From positions 6,523-70,522 of the forward strand of contig CAYQPO010000005.1 in assembly GCA_964420015.1 (NCBI GenBank): a stretch of DNA of 64,000 nucleotides. The letters run 5' to 3'. The notes below the pieces were generated by a model, which saw nothing but the letters and a program-made list of their open reading frames with translations, made no database searches and had not been told where the DNA came from. Shown in pieces: positions 58,128-64,000 of the stretch; the stretch's first letter is position 1; each line of letters starts with the position of its first letter. A program made the position numbers and the translations under genes. Origin of the DNA: an uncultured Candidatus Saccharibacteria bacterium. Lineage in GTDB: Bacteria; Patescibacteriota; Minisyncoccia; Phycocordibacterales; SBAW01.

Positions 58128-60008
58128 GTGGAGCATCTTCAGGGACTCAACTTACAACAGCGTGATGCCACTTTGGCAATAGACGGACCGCTTTTGGTAC
58201 TGGCCGGAGCGGGGGCGGGAAAGACCAAGGTTATCACCCACCGGATTTTGCACATCATTAAAAGCGGCGTCGCCCCCGAGCACGTGCTCGCAGTTACCTT
58301 TACCAACAAGGCAGCGGGGGAGATGCGCGAGCGGGTGGCACATTTGCTGCACAAAAATGAGGGTGCTCACGTTGGAGGTATGCCCTTTGTGTCGACCTTT
58401 CATTCGCTTGGGCTCACGCTCATTAAAGAGAACGCCAAACTCCTCGGCTACAAACGCGCGCCGGCGATTTATGACCGCGCTGACAGCTTACGCGAGATGA
58501 AACGCGCACTCAAAGAGGTTGGGCAAGAGATGATAGAGGCGCGCGCCGCGCTCGCGGTAGTGTCGCGCCAAAAAGGCGACGGCATTACGCAAGAAGAGTA
58601 CGCACTCAGTGCAAACAATTTTCGCGAGCGCGGGATCGCGCTCGCCTGGCAAAAGTATGACGCTGCACTCAAACAAGACGGCGCGATGGACTTTGACGAC
58701 CTGCTGGTCAAAGCGGTGGCGCTCCTCGAGCAGCACCCCGAGGTGCGCGAGCGCTACCGAGCACGCTGGCGCTATATACACATAGACGAGTATCAAGACA
58801 CCAACGCCATCCAGGCGCGTCTGGCCAAAGCGCTCGTAGGACCTGAGAAAAATATTTGTGCCGTGGGCGACATCGATCAAACTATTTATAGTTGGCGCGG
58901 TGCTAGAGTAGAAAACTTGCTGCGTTTTGAGCGCGAGTACCCAGGCGCACGTACCATTGTGCTCGTGCAAAATTATCGATCGACCAAAAACATCCTCGAT
59001 GCGGCCAACATGATAATTGAGAAGAACAACAATCGCGTAGAAAAAGTATTAGAGACTGACCAGGGCCCAGGGCACTTGCTGGGGCTGTATCAAGCATTTG
59101 ACGAGAACGATGAGGCCGGCTTCGTAACACGCATTATCAAAGAGCAGCTGCAAAAAGGCAGACAGCCCAGAGATTTTGCACTGCTCTATCGGGCCAACTT
59201 CCAGTCCAGAGCGCTGGAAGAGCAGTTGCTCGCGGCAAAGATCGACTACCAAGTACTCGGGACACGCTTTTTTGAACGCAAAGAGGTCAAAGACATCTTG
59301 AGCTACATACGCGCAGCGCTGTATGAAACGCCGGCTGATATCGCACGCGCCACCGAAACCCCCAGCCGTGGCATTGGCAAAGTGACCTTGCTCAAAATCT
59401 TACAAAAACAACCGATCGGAGGGACCATCGGCGCGAAGGTGAGTACATTTTTGCAACTCCTCACCACAATTCGCAGGGCTGCTCAAGAGATGTTGCCCGG
59501 GCAACTAGTACAACTAGTCGCCAAAGAAAGTGGGATCGAAACTCTATTGCGCGAAGACAAGGTTGAGGGCGTGGAGCGCTTGGAGAACATTCGCGAGCTC
59601 GTCGGCCTCGCCTCGCGCTATGCAACTACAGAGGAGTTTTTGGAGCAGGTGGCACTCCAGAGCGAGCAAGACAACTTAAAAGAAGAGCGCAATGCGGTGC
59701 GACTCATGACGGTGCACGCCGCCAAAGGATTGGAGTTCGCGATAGTGTTTATTGTGGGGCTCGAAGAGGGGCTCTTCCCCTATGCAAGCGAGTTTGACGA
59801 AGGGCGCGATGCGGAAGAGGAGCGACGTTTGATGTACGTTGCGGTTACCCGCGCGCGAGAGAAATTGTATTTGACTTACGCCTCCTACCGCACCATGTTT
59901 GGCTCTAAAAACGCCACGCTGCCCTCACAATTTTTAAGCGACATCCCGGGGCATCTACTCGAGCTCGAGATGCCTGAGCGGTTAGGAAAGACTATATATT
60001 TAGACTAA
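58128..60008 (+). CDS. pcrA: UvrD/PcrA DNA helicase
   Basis: AGAGAGKT, TFTNKAA, DEYQD, QNYRS, HAAKGLEF, EERRLMYV. Confidence 0.93.
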   Translation: MEHLQGLNLQQRDATLAIDGPLLVLAGAGAGKTKVITHRILHIIKSGVAPEHVLAVTFTNKAAGEMRERVAHLLHKNEGAHVGGMPFVSTFHSLGLTLIKENAKLLGYKRAPAIYDRADSLREMKRALKEVGQEMIEARAALAVVSRQKGDGITQEEYALSANNFRERGIALAWQKYDAALKQDGAMDFDDLLVKAVALLEQHPEVRERYRARWRYIHIDEYQDTNAIQARLAKALVGPEKNICAVGDIDQTIYSWRGARVENLLRFEREYPGARTIVLVQNYRSTKNILDAANMIIEKNNNRVEKVLETDQGPGHLLGLYQAFDENDEAGFVTRIIKEQLQKGRQPRDFALLYRANFQSRALEEQLLAAKIDYQVLGTRFFERKEVKDILSYIRAALYETPADIARATETPSRGIGKVTLLKILQKQPIGGTIGAKVSTFLQLLTTIRRAAQEMLPGQLVQLVAKESGIETLLREDKVEGVERLENIRELVGLASRYATTEEFLEQVALQSEQDNLKEERNAVRLMTVHAAKGLEFAIVFIVGLEEGLFPYASEFDEGRDAEEERRLMYVAVTRAREKLYLTYASYRTMFGSKNATLPSQFLSDIPGHLLELEMPERLGKTIYLD

Positions 60009-60718
60009 TGCAAAAGAAGAAGTCGCTCGGGCAGCACTTTTTAAAAAACGGCGCGTACTTGAGTGCCGTTGCTGAGGCGGCATACATCAAAAAAGGCGAC
60101 ACGGTACTTGAGATTGGCCCAGGCGAGGGGACGCTCACCGAGGTGTTGGCGCGCCGCGGCGCAAAAGTGATCGCGCTGGAGAAAGACACTCGACTCATCG
60201 CGTTTTTGCGCCAAAAGTTCGCCGCGGCAGACGTACATATAGTAGAGGGTGACGCATTGGAGTTTGAACCGCAGTATAAAAAATATAAAGTGGTGGGGAA
60301 CATCCCGTACTACATCACCGGCGCACTGCTGAGGAGGTTTCTTTCGGCAAAACACCAACCTTCGGCATTGGTCTTTTTATTGCAAAAGGAGGTGGCAGAG
60401 CGGATCGCCCGCAGCAAAAAAGAGAGTATACTTTCCCTTTCGGTGAAAGCGTATGGCACACCGAAGTATATAAAGAGTGTGCCGCGCGGCGCATTTAGCC
60501 CACTACCCAAGGTCGATTCGGCGATTTTGTTGGTAGACAAAATCTCGCGCAAAAACTTTGTCAATGCCGCACATGAGGAGCACTTTTTTGCACTCATCAA
60601 AAAAGCCTTCGGCCAGAAACGCAAAATGCTGCGCTCCACTATTGGCATTGACTCTAACGAACGCCCGGAAGACGTATCGCTCACTCGCTGGCTTGAGCTT
60701 GCTAAAAGAGCGCGCTAG
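60008..60718 (+). CDS. rsmA: 16S rRNA dimethyltransferase KsgA
   Basis: SLGQHFL, EIGPGEG, NIPYYIT, PKVDS. Confidence 0.95.
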   Translation: MQKKKSLGQHFLKNGAYLSAVAEAAYIKKGDTVLEIGPGEGTLTEVLARRGAKVIALEKDTRLIAFLRQKFAAADVHIVEGDALEFEPQYKKYKVVGNIPYYITGALLRRFLSAKHQPSALVFLLQKEVAERIARSKKESILSLSVKAYGTPKYIKSVPRGAFSPLPKVDSAILLVDKISRKNFVNAAHEEHFFALIKKAFGQKRKMLRSTIGIDSNERPEDVSLTRWLELAKRAR

Positions 60719-61190
60719 TGCCCACCATCGTCATCCGCAAGCCGTAGAGCGGCACATGTACCGGCCCCGGGAGAAAACAGACAAACGGCGCATCATAGGT
60801 GCCTAAAACTTGCTGGCCGATGTTACGCGGTGGCCCGGCGAGCTTGGTGATGGTCGCGATAGTCCATATATAGGTAACGGGGAAGATCCCTGCCGGTTTG
60901 ATGGTGACGTGGAGGGCAGGGGCCACACCGATGACACAGGGGACGACGGCGATGATCCTGCCGCCGAATGAGCGGGACACCAAACGGGTGACCGGAATGG
61001 TAGCAGCAGAGGAGGTGAGGCCCGAGATGAGGCTAATGCCCGCGATGGTACCGATCGCGAGCCCTATAGAAAGGGCAGCATTGCTAGAACTGTTTTGCTT
61101 GGCGGTCGAGGTACTGACCTGTGCAAACAGCGGAGCTGGAACGAGCAAAAAAACTAAAAAGGGTACGCAAAGACGAATAGAGCGCCGCAT
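60702..61190 (-). CDS. secreted/membrane hypothetical protein
   Basis: Signal peptide, second hydrophobic segment, Cys pair. Confidence 0.65.
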   Translation of the reverse strand: MRRSIRLCVPFLVFLLVPAPLFAQVSTSTAKQNSSSNAALSIGLAIGTIAGISLISGLTSSAATIPVTRLVSRSFGGRIIAVVPCVIGVAPALHVTIKPAGIFPVTYIWTIATITKLAGPPRNIGQQVLGTYDAPFVCFLPGPVHVPLYGLRMTMVGTSALF

Positions 61191-61212
61191 AGGTACAGTA
61201 TACTTAAGAGCA

Positions 61213-62103
61213 ATGAGGCTGGCTTCATACTTACCCAGTGGTCAGTTTAGCGTGCTTGCCGGCTCGCTGACGCTCGCCGCGGGGCTCGTCATCGGCGCAC
61301 AATACATAACCGGTGCCCCAGCCCAGCCATCCTTTGTAGAGTCTGCGGCGCAAACGGCCGACCAAGGTGACTGGAGAGCAGCGCTCGATGCGATACAAGC
61401 CTCGGCCCCAACGCTGCCGCCTGCACCGAGCCCCGACGTGACCAAAACACTCCTTGCCGGAGCCAAAACAAACAATCTCACCGACACCGTGGCTCGCACG
61501 CTTTTGGTTAATCTCAGCTCCGCGAGCTCACAAGGGTTGGGCACCGACATCCCCACTCAAGACGGCATTATTGCCTCTGCAGTGGCCCAACTGCCGCAGA
61601 CCGCTCCAGAAAAGGTCTACGGAGCGGCCGACCTCAGCACGGTCGCCGACTCTAAAGACAGCCAGCATACCTACGGCGATGCGGTCATGGTGGTGCTTAG
61701 CCACCACACCTCCGCCACCACCAAAGCGACCCTCTATGCGCTCGACCAAGCACTAGAGCAAAACGACCCTCAAGCACTCGACGATCTTGCCCGCCTCCAA
61801 GACCAATACGCGGCGCTTACGCAAGAGCTCTCTGCGGTGCCGACACCCAAAACGCTTGTACCGCTCCATCTGCAGGCGCTAAACAGCCTCGGCGCAGTCG
61901 CGGCGAGCTTCGAGGGGTTGGCGCTCGCGACTAAAGATCCCTTGCAAGCGCTACAGGGGCTGCAGCAGTATAACCAAAACATCGGCAAGGTGGGCGGCGT
62001 GTTCACAGCTATCAGTGAGAATCTCAGCAAGAACGGTATACTTTTTACTAAAGACGAACCCGGCGCAGCCTGGGCGGTCTTTAGTGCCCCGGACACTCCA
62101 TGA
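61213..62103 (+). CDS. membrane-anchored helical hypothetical protein
   Basis: ATG 61213, N-terminal TM; overlaps the next start (ATGA). Confidence 0.75.
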   Translation: MRLASYLPSGQFSVLAGSLTLAAGLVIGAQYITGAPAQPSFVESAAQTADQGDWRAALDAIQASAPTLPPAPSPDVTKTLLAGAKTNNLTDTVARTLLVNLSSASSQGLGTDIPTQDGIIASAVAQLPQTAPEKVYGAADLSTVADSKDSQHTYGDAVMVVLSHHTSATTKATLYALDQALEQNDPQALDDLARLQDQYAALTQELSAVPTPKTLVPLHLQALNSLGAVAASFEGLALATKDPLQALQGLQQYNQNIGKVGGVFTAISENLSKNGILFTKDEPGAAWAVFSAPDTP

Positions 62104-63971
62104 CCAAACGGATTATTTTGATCATCCTCGCCGCCGCAGTGCTTGCACTGGTGGTCGGGCTCGCGTGGTTTTGGTTTTTTAGCGGCAGCGGAGCGCCGCA
62201 GCCCCAGAGCGGTACCTTTGGCACAGGCCAAAACCGCTCAAGCGGCAGCGGTGCTTCGGGGGAAGCTGCGTCAAACAACAATATTCCTTCCAACGTAACC
62301 GGGGCGCAGGGCGGGGCAAACGCCGCCACCGGTGGCGGGTCCAGTCTCGGTGGCGGTGCACCCTTTGCTCAAGGCTCTCTTGGTGCAATACCGAGCGTCG
62401 GGAGCGTCCCGGGCGTCGACTGGCTTGGCGGCAGTGTCTCCGGGGGTGTGGGCCCTGCCGGCGGCAGCAGCTTCGTCCCCAAAACGGTCAACCAGCTCAA
62501 CAACAGCACCGTGAGCGGCTCGCCCACTATTTTGGGCACCTACGGGTCTAACCCGGGCTCGAACAATAGCAACAATCTAGGGCTCGCGGTCGGTGGGATC
62601 ATCGGCGCGGGGGTGGGCTGCGCGGCACTATTTGGATTTCAAAGCTTGGGCGAGGCCAAAGCAGCCGCAGAGGGCGCTACGGTGGGGTTGGGTGGCGGTT
62701 TTGTATTGGTCTATGATTGGCGACAAGCAGCGAAACAATCATCAAATCAATTCAAAGACACCGGCGACTGCTTGGCACGCACCATCGGACGCGCGGTGAT
62801 CCAGCAGATGACCAACAGCGTGGTCAACTGGATCAACTCGGGCTTTAACGGCAAGCCGTCGTTTGTAACCAACTTTCAGCAATACTTCACCAATGTGGGC
62901 GACCAGGCCGCGGGCGAGTTTATCCGCGGCACAGCACTCTCGTTTCTGTGCTCGCCATTCCAACTTAAAATCCGCATCGCGATCGCACAGAGCTACGCGC
63001 GGCGCAACAATGCCGCCTCGTGTACCCTAACCGGTATCGGCAAAAACCTCGACCGCTTTATAAACGGCAACTTTAACGCAGGTGGATGGGGGAGCTTGCT
63101 GCAATTTACTACCATACCCACCAACAACCCCTACGGAGCCTACGCCTATGCACAGATTGGCCTCAACAATGCACAGAGTAATGCGCTCAATAATGCCAAC
63201 CGCAACATCACTCCAGGCGGATTTATATCGCTGCAAAAATGTGAAACACTCCCTGGCCCAACCCAAGATGGCAAACCGCTACAAGATTGCAAGGTGGTAA
63301 CCCCCGGCAGTGTGATCGAAGACTCACTCAAAGAGACGCTCAAGCAGCCCTACCTGGCCAACCAACTCGCACAAAGCTTCGACCAAATTATTAGCGCACT
63401 AATGAACCAGCTCATCACCAAGACGCTCTACAATGGGCTCACCTCGCTCTCGGGCCAAAACGGCTACGCCTCGGACTATCTCACCCCCGAACAACAACAG
63501 GCGCAAAACACCGCTCAGGGACTCTTGAGCGACCTGCAGGCCAAGGTGCAGATCGCGCAGCAGTTTGGCGCCGTGGCGCAAGGCTCGATCGGGGACATCC
63601 AAAACGCTCAGCAGCTCCTCAAGAGCCTGGCCGATTGCTACGCAACCAAGGGCAAGACCGCTCAAGCAAGTTCAACTGAGGACCTTATCGCCGGGTACAA
63701 CTCGCAGGTCGACGCCTACAACACTACGATCACGAAAGCCAACCAAGCGATCGCCGTTTTGCAAGACCTGCAGAGCCGGACACTCAACGTGGTGACTCCG
63801 CAAGACGTCGCAGCAGTGCAAGCCGCCTACACGCAGGCACAAGGGAGCGGCGCGCTCTTTACCCAAGCCGATGTGACCAACGCGCAGCAAGACCGCACCA
63901 CGCTCCAGGCCAACCTCGCCAACCGCAATGCAACTACGCAGAGCGACCTCCAACAATGCAATGCGCTTTAA
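62100..63971 (+). CDS. large membrane-anchored hypothetical protein
   Basis: N-terminal TM, Gly/Ser-rich linker, Cys pairs, Gln/Ala-rich helical C-terminus. Confidence 0.8.
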   Translation: MTKRIILIILAAAVLALVVGLAWFWFFSGSGAPQPQSGTFGTGQNRSSGSGASGEAASNNNIPSNVTGAQGGANAATGGGSSLGGGAPFAQGSLGAIPSVGSVPGVDWLGGSVSGGVGPAGGSSFVPKTVNQLNNSTVSGSPTILGTYGSNPGSNNSNNLGLAVGGIIGAGVGCAALFGFQSLGEAKAAAEGATVGLGGGFVLVYDWRQAAKQSSNQFKDTGDCLARTIGRAVIQQMTNSVVNWINSGFNGKPSFVTNFQQYFTNVGDQAAGEFIRGTALSFLCSPFQLKIRIAIAQSYARRNNAASCTLTGIGKNLDRFINGNFNAGGWGSLLQFTTIPTNNPYGAYAYAQIGLNNAQSNALNNANRNITPGGFISLQKCETLPGPTQDGKPLQDCKVVTPGSVIEDSLKETLKQPYLANQLAQSFDQIISALMNQLITKTLYNGLTSLSGQNGYASDYLTPEQQQAQNTAQGLLSDLQAKVQIAQQFGAVAQGSIGDIQNAQQLLKSLADCYATKGKTAQASSTEDLIAGYNSQVDAYNTTITKANQAIAVLQDLQSRTLNVVTPQDVAAVQAAYTQAQGSGALFTQADVTNAQQDRTTLQANLANRNATTQSDLQQCNAL

Positions 63972-64000
63972 GCTACTCACAAGACTAATACCGGGCGTCT

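Noticed and set aside
1-64000. CRISPR array, rRNA, IS transposase
   Set aside because: No regularly spaced direct repeats, rRNA-like sequence or transposase ORF seen.

Overview
This is a chromosomal window from a small-genome bacterium, most consistent with Patescibacteria/CPR (Parcubacteria-like). That assignment is an inference from gene content, tRNA genes without CCA, many TrmB-like paralogues and membrane-anchored binding proteins. The housekeeping backbone comprises nusA, ppa, tig, clpP, rny, hup, cca, xth, a Xer-like recombinase, rpsO, pnp, a dksA-like gene, comM, alkA, pcrA, rsmA and 4 tRNAs. It is interleaved with nine TrmB-like regulators. Six of them sit head-to-head with one of eight divergent LivJ/LivK-like substrate-binding proteins, which share a single scattered LivH/M/G/F transporter. 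The other three sit beside small transcription units absent from, or misrepresented by, the ORF track: a 40-aa peptide plus radical SAM enzyme, a ~580-nt highly base-paired candidate ncRNA, and a 35-aa peptide or structured RNA. Other notable items are a solitary LpxC homologue, short repeats inserted in frame in proteins, apparently leaderless core genes versus Shine-Dalgarno-led orphan genes ending in a shared hairpin, and parS-like sites. No CRISPR array, rRNA, reverse transcriptase or transposase was seen. All calls come from motif recognition by eye; no database searches or folding programs were run.
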